Origin: Thermoguttaceae bacterium | GTDB taxonomy: Bacteria; Planctomycetota; Planctomycetia; Pirellulales; Thermoguttaceae | Direction of reading: 5' to 3' | NCBI GenBank assembly: GCA_050943135.1 | Contig: JBMNOP010000003.1 | Span: 166,191 to 230,190 of the forward strand | DNA: 64,000 bases | Part shown: positions 47,336 to 56,912 of the stretch, one piece after another | How the letters are laid out: each line of letters starts with the position of its first letter | How positions within the stretch are numbered: position 1 is the first letter of the stretch | The notes under the pieces: model-generated | What the model was told of the DNA's origin: nothing | Seen by the model: only the letters and a program-made list of their open reading frames with translations | Database searches by the model: none | Position numbers and translations under genes: made by a program

Positions 47336-48655
47336 ATGAAAAAACAATTTTCACGTCGTGACTTTCTGAAATCGAGCGCCCTGAGTGCTACCGCCGCTTC
47401 GGTTTTGATGAGTGCCGGCCGCGTTCACGCCGCGGAAAACAACACTTTGAAGGTCGGGTTGATCGGCTGTGGCGGACGTGGTCGCGGTGCATTGGTCAAC
47501 ACGCTTGAAGCCGACCCGAATACCGAATTGGTTGCCGTCGGCGACGCGTTCCGTGAAAACGCCGAAGGTGCGATCGAAGGTTTCGTCGAAGAGTTCGGTG
47601 ACCGTATCAATGTCACCCCCGATCGAATCTTTGACGGGTTGGATTGCTTCAAGCAAGTCATTCCGGAATGCGACGTGGTCCTCCTCTGCGAGACCCCGGG
47701 ATTCCGTCCACGGTCGCTCCGTCTCGCCGTCGAATCCGGTAAACATGTCTTCTGTGAAAAACCGGTCGCTGTCGATGCCCCCGGTATCCGTAGCGTGTTC
47801 GAGTCGACGGAAATCGCCAAAAAGAATGGTACCACCCTCGTCTCCGGTCTCTGCTGGCGTTATCATCCGAAGGTTCGCGAGATGGTTCAGCGCGTCAAAG
47901 ACGGTGAAATCGGCGATGTGATCAGCGGTCGTCTCCTCTACCTGGTCGGTCAGCTCTGGACCCGTCCTCGCCGCAAAGGTGACACCGAAATGAAATACCA
48001 GGTTCGTGACTGGTATAACTTCTGCTGGCTCTCCGGCGATTTCAATATCGAGCAGCAGGTTCATACCCTCGACAAGGCCCTCTGGGTGATGGACAATGTG
48101 GCCCCCGACCACTACTTCGGGATCGGCGCGCGTATGCAGCGTATTCAGCAACCGGCCAACGGCGATATCTACGATGCGATGGCTTCCTGCCTCGAATACG
48201 ATAACGGCGTATCATTCTACTCCTACTGCCGTCAGCAAAACAACTGCTGGTCGAAGAACGACGCGATCATTGCCGGGACGAAGGGAACGGCTCACCTTCT
48301 CTCCGGCCTGATTCTCGATTACAAAGGGAACGTGGTCTATCGCTATGACGACAGCGCCTACGCCGACATGTACCTCATCGAACATCAGGAGATGTACAAA
48401 TCGATTCGTGGCGGCGCCACGATCAACAACGGCGACATCATGGCCAAGGCGACGATGATGGGGATCGCAACACGCATGGCTTGCTATACCGGCAGACGTC
48501 TTTCGTACGACGAGGCGCTCAACGACAACGAAACGATGGATCCGACCGGTTACACCTGGGACGACAGCCCGTGGAATCTGCCCGATGCCGAAGGCCGTTA
48601 CCTGATTCCGGTTCCGGGTGAAGGTCGTCAGATTCACCACATCGTCCGTGGCTGA
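47336..48655 (+). CDS. Tat-signal Gfo/Idh/MocA-family NAD(P)-dependent oxidoreductase
   Basis: SRRDFLKSSALSATAASV is a Tat motif. VGLIGCGGRGRG is the Rossmann fingerprint. The protein has the typical family length. Confidence 0.75.
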   Translation: MKKQFSRRDFLKSSALSATAASVLMSAGRVHAAENNTLKVGLIGCGGRGRGALVNTLEADPNTELVAVGDAFRENAEGAIEGFVEEFGDRINVTPDRIFDGLDCFKQVIPECDVVLLCETPGFRPRSLRLAVESGKHVFCEKPVAVDAPGIRSVFESTEIAKKNGTTLVSGLCWRYHPKVREMVQRVKDGEIGDVISGRLLYLVGQLWTRPRRKGDTEMKYQVRDWYNFCWLSGDFNIEQQVHTLDKALWVMDNVAPDHYFGIGARMQRIQQPANGDIYDAMASCLEYDNGVSFYSYCRQQNNCWSKNDAIIAGTKGTAHLLSGLILDYKGNVVYRYDDSAYADMYLIEHQEMYKSIRGGATINNGDIMAKATMMGIATRMACYTGRRLSYDEALNDNETMDPTGYTWDDSPWNLPDAEGRYLIPVPGEGRQIHHIVRG

Positions 48656-48801
48656 TTCTTCAATTTGTCAATTTGATGGTATAACGAACCGAAATCTCTC
48701 GCTCTGACCGAGCGAGAGATTTCTTTGCCCACGCGCGCTTGGACTTTTATGAAATCATCCCGAATTTTAAAAATTTCAAGTGCGCTTTTTATGGTTTACC
48801 G

Positions 48802-50901
48802 ATGAAACGCCCTTTTTCCCCGACAGCCTCGCTTGCGGTCGCCCTGATAGCTCTCTCTTTCGTTTCTCTCCGAGCCGCCTCGCCGCTTGACGATGCGATC
48901 GGACTGTGGCATTTTTCCGACACCGCGAACAGCGCCGATCCCGGCGTGCCGCTCGGCGTCGAAGGAGACGTTCGTTTAGGCGTTGCGCTCGACGAGTCGG
49001 GCGTGGTCAACTCCCGCCTGCGCGGGGGAGACGGAGCGGTCGCCGACTTTTCGCAAGGGGGGTGGCTCAACGCCGGTTTGGGGACCAACAATGCGCTGGA
49101 CGTCAAAGGACGCGAACTCACCTACTACCTGCGCCTGCGCGACCCTTCCGGCACGTGGAACGCGCCAATCCTCTCGCGTCAAATCGATGGCGAGAAAACG
49201 GTGCATAAGATCGTCGCCACCGATTCTTACCTCCGAGGCCTGGTCGGAACCACGAACAATCGCATGCCGATGTTCGGTGACGCGCCTTTCAACGAAATGC
49301 GCGACGAACTTGCCCGAACCGCATGGCACGACGTGGTCCTGCGTTTAGACGGCGTCAAACTGCAGATGTTTGTCGACGGACGTCTTTATGACGAAGATTT
49401 TATGTTGGGCGATCTTCTCGAAGGGGCGCGCCCGCTTCTGTTCGGCGCCGAATTCGACGAAAACGGGGAAATCCGCGCTGGGTTCCGGGGACAGATCGAT
49501 ACCGCGGCTCTTTGGAATCGTCCCTTGACCGACGCCGAAGTCCTCTTCCTTTCCGGCGGTCCGCACTTGGCGGATCAACGGCAGGTTACCGATTTGGGTG
49601 ACGGCGCGACCCCGCAATACTGGATCCCCCCCAACCACTACAACGTCGGTGACTGCATGCCATTCTACGCCGACGGGGTCTTTCATTTTATGTTTCTTCT
49701 CGACAAGGGACATCATGGTGCGAGAAACGGGCTCGGAGGCCACCAGTGGATCCAAATGACCTCGAAAGACCTGGTCCACTGGACTCATCATCCTTTCCTC
49801 TTTGAGTTTGAAAACCAGGAAGAAGGCTCGTTCTGTACGGGGAGCGTCTTCCATCACGACGGAAACTACTACGCCTACTACTCGAACCGGGGGTACGAGT
49901 TTCCGGGGGGAGATTACAACGCCCGATGGATTATGCACGGACGTCTGGCGATGGCGGTCTCAAAAGACGGGATCCATTTCAAAAAGACATACGTGGAACC
50001 ACTCATCGATCTTCCCGAAGATTACGCCCACACCACCCGAGATCCGGTCGTCTTCCGGAATCCCGAAACGAATCAGTTCCATATGTATTTCACCACCACC
50101 TACAAGGGTTACGGCTGCTGGGGACAGGCGATTTCGGACGACCTGTACCATTGGGAGCTGGCCGAACCGATTTTCGCCCATCGGGACGGCGAACCGGAAT
50201 GTCCCGACTGGTTCCGGTGGGGCGACAAATACTACACCATCGCAAACCACACCAACGGATACTGGCTCTGGTCCGATTCGCCGAACGGGCCGTGGGACCT
50301 TCCTCCCGCTCCGAACCAACTGATGCCCGGAATCATCAACGTACCGAAAACCGCGCCGTTCGGCGAAAACCGACGTATCATCTGTGGTTGGACGCGGGAA
50401 GCCGGATTCGGCGGTCACTCGGTCATCCATGAGCTTGTTCGCCACGAAGATGGAACGCTCGGCGAAAAATTCGTTCCCGAGCTGATCCCCGCTGTCGAGC
50501 CCCCGATCTTCCGAATCGAGAATTTGGACACGGAATACCGAGAATGGCCCGTTTCGCAACCCAATCTGCAAATCAAGTTTCACCTGACCTTTCCGGCGCA
50601 GCGGCGCGATCGGATTCGGGATCTCCGTTTTCAGTTTGCCGACGATGCGCTTTTGGTGGTCTCTCCCCGAGCAGGCCGGATCACACTGGGGGAATTTAAT
50701 CTTTCGCAGGTTGATTTCACGACCGGGGAATTGGAATTGACCCTCATTCTGAAAGGGAAGATCGCCGACCTCGAAGTCAACGGCAACCGTACGCTGACAA
50801 GTACCTTCTCGGAAGTCAACGAAAGGCGATTGGTCCTGCACGGCGACGGGCCGGGGTGGAACGTCGAACGGTTCGAGGTGAGTCCCTTAAAACAAAAGTA
50901 A
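48802..50901 (+). CDS. Secreted protein with N-terminal concanavalin/LamG-like domain and C-terminal five-bladed beta-propeller glycoside-hydrolase-like domain (GH32/GH43-like)
   Basis: Signal peptide MKRPFSPTASLAVALIALSFVSL. W/D-rich blocks (WIPPNHYNVGDCMPFYADGVFHFMFL, WIQMTSKDLVHWTHHP, ISDDLYHWELAEP) resemble the GH32/43/130 beta-propeller. The exact family is uncertain. Confidence 0.5.
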   Translation: MKRPFSPTASLAVALIALSFVSLRAASPLDDAIGLWHFSDTANSADPGVPLGVEGDVRLGVALDESGVVNSRLRGGDGAVADFSQGGWLNAGLGTNNALDVKGRELTYYLRLRDPSGTWNAPILSRQIDGEKTVHKIVATDSYLRGLVGTTNNRMPMFGDAPFNEMRDELARTAWHDVVLRLDGVKLQMFVDGRLYDEDFMLGDLLEGARPLLFGAEFDENGEIRAGFRGQIDTAALWNRPLTDAEVLFLSGGPHLADQRQVTDLGDGATPQYWIPPNHYNVGDCMPFYADGVFHFMFLLDKGHHGARNGLGGHQWIQMTSKDLVHWTHHPFLFEFENQEEGSFCTGSVFHHDGNYYAYYSNRGYEFPGGDYNARWIMHGRLAMAVSKDGIHFKKTYVEPLIDLPEDYAHTTRDPVVFRNPETNQFHMYFTTTYKGYGCWGQAISDDLYHWELAEPIFAHRDGEPECPDWFRWGDKYYTIANHTNGYWLWSDSPNGPWDLPPAPNQLMPGIINVPKTAPFGENRRIICGWTREAGFGGHSVIHELVRHEDGTLGEKFVPELIPAVEPPIFRIENLDTEYREWPVSQPNLQIKFHLTFPAQRRDRIRDLRFQFADDALLVVSPRAGRITLGEFNLSQVDFTTGELELTLILKGKIADLEVNGNRTLTSTFSEVNERRLVLHGDGPGWNVERFEVSPLKQK

Positions 50902-50945
50902 CCGGAACGAAAAGGACAGGCTCGGCGCAAAAAGAACGATCGATC

Positions 50946-50970
50946 GCCCCGAGCTCGTGCGAGCCGGGGC
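50946..50970. terminator. GC-rich hairpin between convergent GH-like gene and carB
   Basis: GCCCCGAGCTCG-TG-CGAGCCGGGGC. On the minus strand it is followed by TTCTTTTT, giving a carB terminator. Confidence 0.5.
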
Positions 50971-53900
50971 TCAGTCGTGGTATTCTTGGAGCGACTTGAC
51001 CGTGTCTTTCGAGGAAAGGATCGCTTCGATTCCCTTGGCGGCAGCCACGGCCGCGGCAATGGTCGTCATATAAGGGATCTGCAACCGGATGGCGTTCTTA
51101 CGAATGTAAGAGTCATCGACCTGACTCGATTTCCCTTTGGGTGTGTTGATGACTAACTGAATGTCGCCGTTTTTCATCGCGTCGATAATCGTCGGCTCAC
51201 CGTTTTCCGCATCACGAAGTTTCATGACCGTCTTCGACTCGATTCCGGCGTCGGCCAGAGCTTTTTGGGTTCCCTCGGTGGCCAGAATGTTGAAACCGAG
51301 TCGCTTGAACCGGCTGGCGGCGTCGATTACCGAGGATTTGTCGGAAGGTGCAACGGTGATCAGAACCGTTCCGGAGGTCGGCAAGGTTCCGCCGGCAGCC
51401 TCTTCGGCCTTGAAGAAAGCCAGACCGAACGAGTCGGAAAGCCCGAGGACTTCCCCGGTCGAACGCATTTCGGGCCCGAGGATCGGGTCGACTTCTTGGA
51501 ACATATAAAAAGGAAAAACAGCTTCTTTGACGCCGAAATGAGTAAACGGCCGCGGCTTGACGTTGAGGCTGTCGATCGTCTCGCCGATCATCATTCGCGT
51601 TGCCAGAGAAGCCATCTCGATATTGCAGACCTTCGAAACGAGCGGAACGGTTCGGCTCGCACGGGGGTTAGCCTCCAGGACGTAGACAATGTCGTCGGCA
51701 ATGGCATACTGAATGTTCATCAGCCCGACAACCCCCATTTCGACCGCGATTTTCCTTGTGTATTCGTAGATCGTGTCGATATGTTTGCGGGGGATGCTGA
51801 TCGGCGGAATGACACACGCCGAGTCACCGGAGTGGATACCGGCCAGCTCGATATGTTCCATCACCGAAGGAACAAAGGCGTCGTGCCCGTCGCAAACGGC
51901 ATCGGCTTCGGTCTCGATGGCATTGGGCAAGAAGCGGTCTATCAGGATAGGACGTTCCGGCGAAACATCGACGGCGGCCTTCACGTAGTCGGTCAGCATT
52001 TCGTCGTCGTGAACGACTTCCATCGCACGGCCGCCCAAGACAAAGGAGGGACGAACCATCAGGGGATAACCGACCCGTTTGGCGACTTCCAAAGCCTCTT
52101 CGACATTGGTCACCATTCCCGATTCCGGTTGGGGGATGTGAAGTTTCGCCATCATGTGACGGAACAGGTCACGGTCTTCGGCCAGGTCGATCGTCTTGGG
52201 AGACGTCCCAATGATCTTCACCCCGTTTTCTTCCAGCTCCATGGCAAGGTTCAGCGGGGTTTGGCCGCCGAACTGAACCACCACGCCGTCCGGCTTTTCG
52301 GCCTCGTAAATGCTAAGCACATCTTCGAGGGTAAGCGGTTCAAAGTAAAGTTTGTCGCTCGTGTCGTAGTCGGTCGAAACCGTCTCGGGGTTGCAGTTGA
52401 CCATGATCGTCTCGTAACCGGCCTTGCGCAGGGCAAACGCGGCATGGACACAGCAGTAATCGAACTCGATTCCCTGCCCGATCCGGTTCGGGCCGCCGCC
52501 GAGAACCATCACCTTTTTATGGCGTGAAATGTTGTTCAGATTTTTTCCGGAATAGGTCGAATAGTAGTAGCGGGCGTTTTCGACACCGCTGACCGGGAGC
52601 GGCTCCCAGACCGCGGCCACACCGAGGGCCAGACGCCTGGTGCGGATCTCTTTTTCGGGCAGACCGAGAAGTTTGGCAAGGTATTTGTCGGCGAAACCGT
52701 CTTTTTTGGCGCGGACGAGAAGGTCATCGGGAAGAGTCTTTCCTTTGTAGGAAAGTATTTCCTCTTCCTCTTCGACCAGTTCTTTCATTTGGATGAGGAA
52801 GTAGTCCTTGATCTTGGTCGCTTCGTGGATCTCCGCGACCGTTGCCCCTTTCCGAAGGGCTTCGTAGATTTGGAAATAACGTTCGCTGCTCGGCGTTTTC
52901 ACCTTTTCGAGCAATTCTTCCTTCGAAAGTTTGTTGAAGTGCTTCGCAAAACCGAGACCGCTCCGACCGATTTCAAGTGAGCGAATCGCTTTTTGGAACG
53001 CTTCTTTGAAGTTTTTCCCGATGCTCATGACCTCTCCGACAGCTCGCATCTGCGTGCCGAGGCGGTCTTCGACCCCCTTGAACTTCTCGAAGGCCCAACG
53101 GGCAAACTTGACAACGACATAGTCCCCGGAAGGAACGTACTTTTCAAGCGTTCCGTCTTTCCAGTAAGGTAATTCGTCGAGGGTCATCCCCCCGGCGAGT
53201 TTTGCCGAAACCAGCGCGATCGGAAAACCGGTTGCCTTCGAGGCCAAAGCACTCGAACGGCTTGTTCGCGGGTTAATCTCGATCACGACCACACGGCCGG
53301 TTTTCGGGTCGTGGGCAAATTGGACGTTCGTCCCACCGACCACGCCGATCGCCTCGACAATCTTGTAGGCATATTCTTGGAGTCTCTTTTGCAGTTCGGG
53401 AGAGATCGTCAGCATTGGGGCCGTACAGAAGGAGTCCCCGGTGTGAATCCCCATTGGATCGACGTTTTCGATGAAACAGACGGTAATCATCTGGTTTTTG
53501 ACGTCTCGGACAACTTCCAACTCAAGTTCTTCCCACCCTGCTACCGACTCTTCGATCAAAACCTGGCGGGCGGGACTCGCGGCCAAACCACGGGAGACAA
53601 TTGTTTGGATTTCGTCGGGGTTCTGGGCAAAACCACCCCCTGTTCCGCCCATGGTATAAGCGGGGCGGACCACGACCGGGTAACCGATTTCGGCGGCAAT
53701 CTTTTCGGCCTCTTCGAGCGAGTTGGCGATTTCGCCTCGGGCCGTGGCGATTCCCAAAGATTTCATCGTGTCCCTGAACACCTGACGGTCTTCACCTCGC
53801 ACGATCGCATCGAGCTGAACGCCGATCACGCGGACGCCGTATTTGTCCAAGACACCGGCTTTGTTCAGGTCGATAGCCAAATTCAGCGCCGATTGACCTC

Positions 53901-54171
53901 CGAGGTTCGGCAAGAGAGCGTCCGGCCGCTCCTTAACGATGATTTTTTCGAGAGAGGGAACCGTGAGCGGTTCAATGTAGGTCGCGTCGGCCATGACCGG
54001 GTCGGTCATGATCGTCGCGGGGTTCGAGTTGACCAGGACGATTTGGTAGCCGAGTTCGCGCAGCGCCTTGCACGCCTGAGTTCCGGAATAGTCGAATTCA
54101 CAAGCTTGACCGATAACAATCGGGCCGGACCCGACAATCATCACCTTCTTGACGTCTTCCCGTCTCGGCAT
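50971..54171 (-). CDS. carB: Carbamoyl-phosphate synthase large subunit
   Basis: 1066 aa. The N-terminus is MPRREDVKKVMIVGSGPIVIGQACEFDYSGTQA. The duplicated ATP-grasp architecture and the C-terminal MGS-like domain are present. No carA is adjacent. Confidence 0.95.
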   Translation of the reverse strand: MPRREDVKKVMIVGSGPIVIGQACEFDYSGTQACKALRELGYQIVLVNSNPATIMTDPVMADATYIEPLTVPSLEKIIVKERPDALLPNLGGQSALNLAIDLNKAGVLDKYGVRVIGVQLDAIVRGEDRQVFRDTMKSLGIATARGEIANSLEEAEKIAAEIGYPVVVRPAYTMGGTGGGFAQNPDEIQTIVSRGLAASPARQVLIEESVAGWEELELEVVRDVKNQMITVCFIENVDPMGIHTGDSFCTAPMLTISPELQKRLQEYAYKIVEAIGVVGGTNVQFAHDPKTGRVVVIEINPRTSRSSALASKATGFPIALVSAKLAGGMTLDELPYWKDGTLEKYVPSGDYVVVKFARWAFEKFKGVEDRLGTQMRAVGEVMSIGKNFKEAFQKAIRSLEIGRSGLGFAKHFNKLSKEELLEKVKTPSSERYFQIYEALRKGATVAEIHEATKIKDYFLIQMKELVEEEEEILSYKGKTLPDDLLVRAKKDGFADKYLAKLLGLPEKEIRTRRLALGVAAVWEPLPVSGVENARYYYSTYSGKNLNNISRHKKVMVLGGGPNRIGQGIEFDYCCVHAAFALRKAGYETIMVNCNPETVSTDYDTSDKLYFEPLTLEDVLSIYEAEKPDGVVVQFGGQTPLNLAMELEENGVKIIGTSPKTIDLAEDRDLFRHMMAKLHIPQPESGMVTNVEEALEVAKRVGYPLMVRPSFVLGGRAMEVVHDDEMLTDYVKAAVDVSPERPILIDRFLPNAIETEADAVCDGHDAFVPSVMEHIELAGIHSGDSACVIPPISIPRKHIDTIYEYTRKIAVEMGVVGLMNIQYAIADDIVYVLEANPRASRTVPLVSKVCNIEMASLATRMMIGETIDSLNVKPRPFTHFGVKEAVFPFYMFQEVDPILGPEMRSTGEVLGLSDSFGLAFFKAEEAAGGTLPTSGTVLITVAPSDKSSVIDAASRFKRLGFNILATEGTQKALADAGIESKTVMKLRDAENGEPTIIDAMKNGDIQLVINTPKGKSSQVDDSYIRKNAIRLQIPYMTTIAAAVAAAKGIEAILSSKDTVKSLQEYHD

Positions 54172-54319
54172 TATTTCTTCCTTCCTTCTGCTGTAGGGCG
54201 AAAACGAACCATAACCAAAAGCAAACTTTGGGAGAGTGGAATCGTTTCGGACTCAACCCTACTGGTCCAAAAAGCGCTGGCTCCAAATTGGGCACATTAT
54301 AATGGGTTTCGGCTCTCTG

Positions 54320-55024
54320 TCAATTCGAGAGGAGAGAATCCAAGACAGCCTCGGCAACCGCCTTACCCTGGAGTTCGGCCACCGGTCGTTTAAAGTGAAC
54401 GCCGTCGGTCCACGGCTCTTTTTCCTCGCCGTCAAGGGTGACTTGGTATAGATCGATCAGGCCGAGATTCAGTTCGGCGGCAATCTTCTTGGCGTAATCA
54501 CCGAGTTCTTTGGACGTCTTGCAATTGTCGGCGTTCTCGGTCGGTGTGCATGTGACCAAAAACAGTTTGGCTTCCGGAACTTTGGCACGAATGAAAAGGA
54601 CGGCTTGACGATAGGCATATTCCCACTCCTTGCGATCCGAGGAAATCGAATGGAGCCCGTTATTAAAGGTGATGACGTCGTATTTGTTGTTCGAAAGGAC
54701 CATGTTAAGCTCTTCGAAATATTGGGGGTCTGTCACACATTTGGAACCGGCCCAGTAAGTCAGGCTCGCCTTATCGCCCAGGTCGTGGTGTACCGCTGAC
54801 TGGTATCCGTTGCATATCGAATCTCCGATCAGAAGAAGACGAGGTTTTGATTGATCGTTGGTGTCGTGCATGTAGATGATGGTCCATTCGATCGTCTCGC
54901 GTCGGCGGGAAGTTTCGGTCGGTTGAAATTGTTTGTAGAGGTCGGTCTCTTGCTCGGCGCCCATAAGGAACGATGCCGCAAAAGCAGCAAAAATCATAAA
55001 AAGTTTTCCGAAGATTCTTCTCAT
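54320..55024 (-). CDS. Secreted SGNH/GDSL-family esterase (single domain)
   Basis: Signal peptide MRRIFGKLFMIFAAFAASFLMGA. GDS block LLLIGDSICNGY. It is co-oriented with carB and lies immediately upstream of it. Confidence 0.65.
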   Translation of the reverse strand: MRRIFGKLFMIFAAFAASFLMGAEQETDLYKQFQPTETSRRRETIEWTIIYMHDTNDQSKPRLLLIGDSICNGYQSAVHHDLGDKASLTYWAGSKCVTDPQYFEELNMVLSNNKYDVITFNNGLHSISSDRKEWEYAYRQAVLFIRAKVPEAKLFLVTCTPTENADNCKTSKELGDYAKKIAAELNLGLIDLYQVTLDGEEKEPWTDGVHFKRPVAELQGKAVAEAVLDSLLSN

Positions 55025-55353
55025 GCCTTCTCTCTCCTCAGAATGGTTTCAGAAAAATAATCCCAATTCGCGAAACGTTTTTTCGGGGACCGACGATCAG
55101 AGGACCGGACTGGGCCGACGATGTCGACTCGGCCCCGCGTAGGATTCGATTCCCTTTTCGAGAACCTACCTTCATTGGAAATATAACTTATCCGAACACC
55201 CTTTTCAATTCTCCCCGTCGATTCCGGGGACTCGCCAGAAATGTTTAAAATGATATGATTCTCTTTAACAGCAACCCCGGTGTGGAAAAGGAATTTCATC
55301 GTACCTGAATGATCTCTTGAACCGCGGGAACGAAAAAGAGGCGACAGTAAACC

Positions 55354-56400
55354 ATGGAAATCAGATCGGTCATCATCATCGGAAGCGGACCTGCAGGCTG
55401 GACCGCGGGAATCTATGCCGCTCGCGCAGGACTCGCTCCCCTTCTCTTCGAAGGAGAAGCAACCGCCGAAAATACCGAGGCGGGCCGGGCACCAATGGGC
55501 CAGCTCTCCACGACCAACGAAGTCGAGAATTACCCTGGTTTCCCCCGCGGAAATTGGGAGCCTTCCCTGACCGCAGCGCTCAATCCGGACCGTTTGTCTA
55601 TCCTTCCGCCGATTCGTCCCGGGGCGGTTACCGGACCGGCGCTTGTCGAACTGATGAGAGAACAGGCTATTGCTCAGGGCCTCGAAATCAGGGATACCGA
55701 TATTGTTGCCGTTGATTTTTCCACACGCCCCTTCCCTCTGACCGATTCGACCGGTCGAAGTTACCACGCCCAAAGCGTGATTGTGGCCACAGGCGCCTCG
55801 GCCAAACGCCTGGGCCTGCCGTCGGAGGCGCGCTTCAAGAACAGGGGCGTCAGTACCTGCGCCGTCTGTGACGGTCCTCTTCCCCGATTTCGCAATAAAC
55901 CGATCGCCGTGGTTGGCGGGGGGGATTCCGCGGTCGAAGAGGCTCTTTACCTTTCCCGATTCGGTTCCGTCATCTACCTGATCCACCGCCGGAACGAATT
56001 TCGCGCCTCAAGGGTCATGATGTTACGCGCCGAATCGGAACCGAAAATTCAGATTCTCCGCAATCGCGTTGTACAAGAGGTTCTCGGAACGGACCAGCAA
56101 GGGGTGACGGGGGTCGTTCTGGCGAGTACCGCGGGCGAACCGGACCTAACACTCGAAATTTCAGGGCTTTTTCCGGCCATCGGACACACACCCAACGTTT
56201 CGTTCCTCAAAAGACAGTTGAGATTGACGTCGGCCGGTTTTATCGAACGTCCGATTCCGTTTCAAACCGCGACGAGCGTTCCCGGTGTTTTCGCCGCCGG
56301 CGATGTTGCCGATGCGCGTTATCGCCAGGCAATAACCGCCGCGGCGGGCGGTTGCATGGCCGCGCTCGATGCCGAAAGATTTCTGCAAACCCCCCGATAA
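55354..56400 (+). CDS. trxB: Thioredoxin reductase (TrxB-like) with a 25-aa insertion and CAVC redox motif
   Basis: GSGPAGWTAGIYAARAG is the FAD site. CAVCDG is the redox-active disulfide (canonical CATCDG). VVGGGDSAVEEALYLS is the NADPH site. The C-terminus aligns with E. coli TrxB (…GVFAAGDV…YRQAIT…GCMAALDAERFL). Confidence 0.85.
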   Translation: MEIRSVIIIGSGPAGWTAGIYAARAGLAPLLFEGEATAENTEAGRAPMGQLSTTNEVENYPGFPRGNWEPSLTAALNPDRLSILPPIRPGAVTGPALVELMREQAIAQGLEIRDTDIVAVDFSTRPFPLTDSTGRSYHAQSVIVATGASAKRLGLPSEARFKNRGVSTCAVCDGPLPRFRNKPIAVVGGGDSAVEEALYLSRFGSVIYLIHRRNEFRASRVMMLRAESEPKIQILRNRVVQEVLGTDQQGVTGVVLASTAGEPDLTLEISGLFPAIGHTPNVSFLKRQLRLTSAGFIERPIPFQTATSVPGVFAAGDVADARYRQAITAAAGGCMAALDAERFLQTPR

Positions 56401-56912
56401 ACAACATTCCTTTCGATGGGGTTTTCCCGGGAAACTTTCACGACATGTGTTACTGATCGTTCACGAAAGCCATCCAAAACCCGGAGACCGACGGGAATAA
56501 CGCGTACATTTTGCACTTTCACGACATCTTCTCGTCGTTTGTCCGGTTAATTTGGACAAAAGCAAGTTTTTCCTCCACCTATGGTAGTATTATATCAAAA
56601 GTTTTTAATGGATTTTTAAGTTTTTCTTCAAAACAAGGTGTTAGACCCTTTCCATATCGCACCGGCTGTGATAAAATTGGGTAGCGGCGTTGTGGACGGC
56701 GCCTATCTTTCCCCGCCCCGTCGAAAGGGCACCACGAAGAGAGGCACGACAACCCCGCAACCTAAAATGACTTCGTCGATTCCGCATCGGTTATTCACCT
56801 TGGAGTTCAAGAGGGAGGGTCGTTTGTCGACTTCTCCTTGAAATATCGCGGAGAGGGCGGTCTCCTTTCGTACTGAACCGCCGGTCCAAAACATTTTTTA
56901 CGGAAACGAATC

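Noticed and set aside
56780-56860. GAGTTCAAGAGGG segment resembling a tRNA/tmRNA T-loop in the trxB-WYL intergenic region.
   Set aside because: No complementary acceptor stem or other tRNA arms could be found. It is probably just part of the leader.
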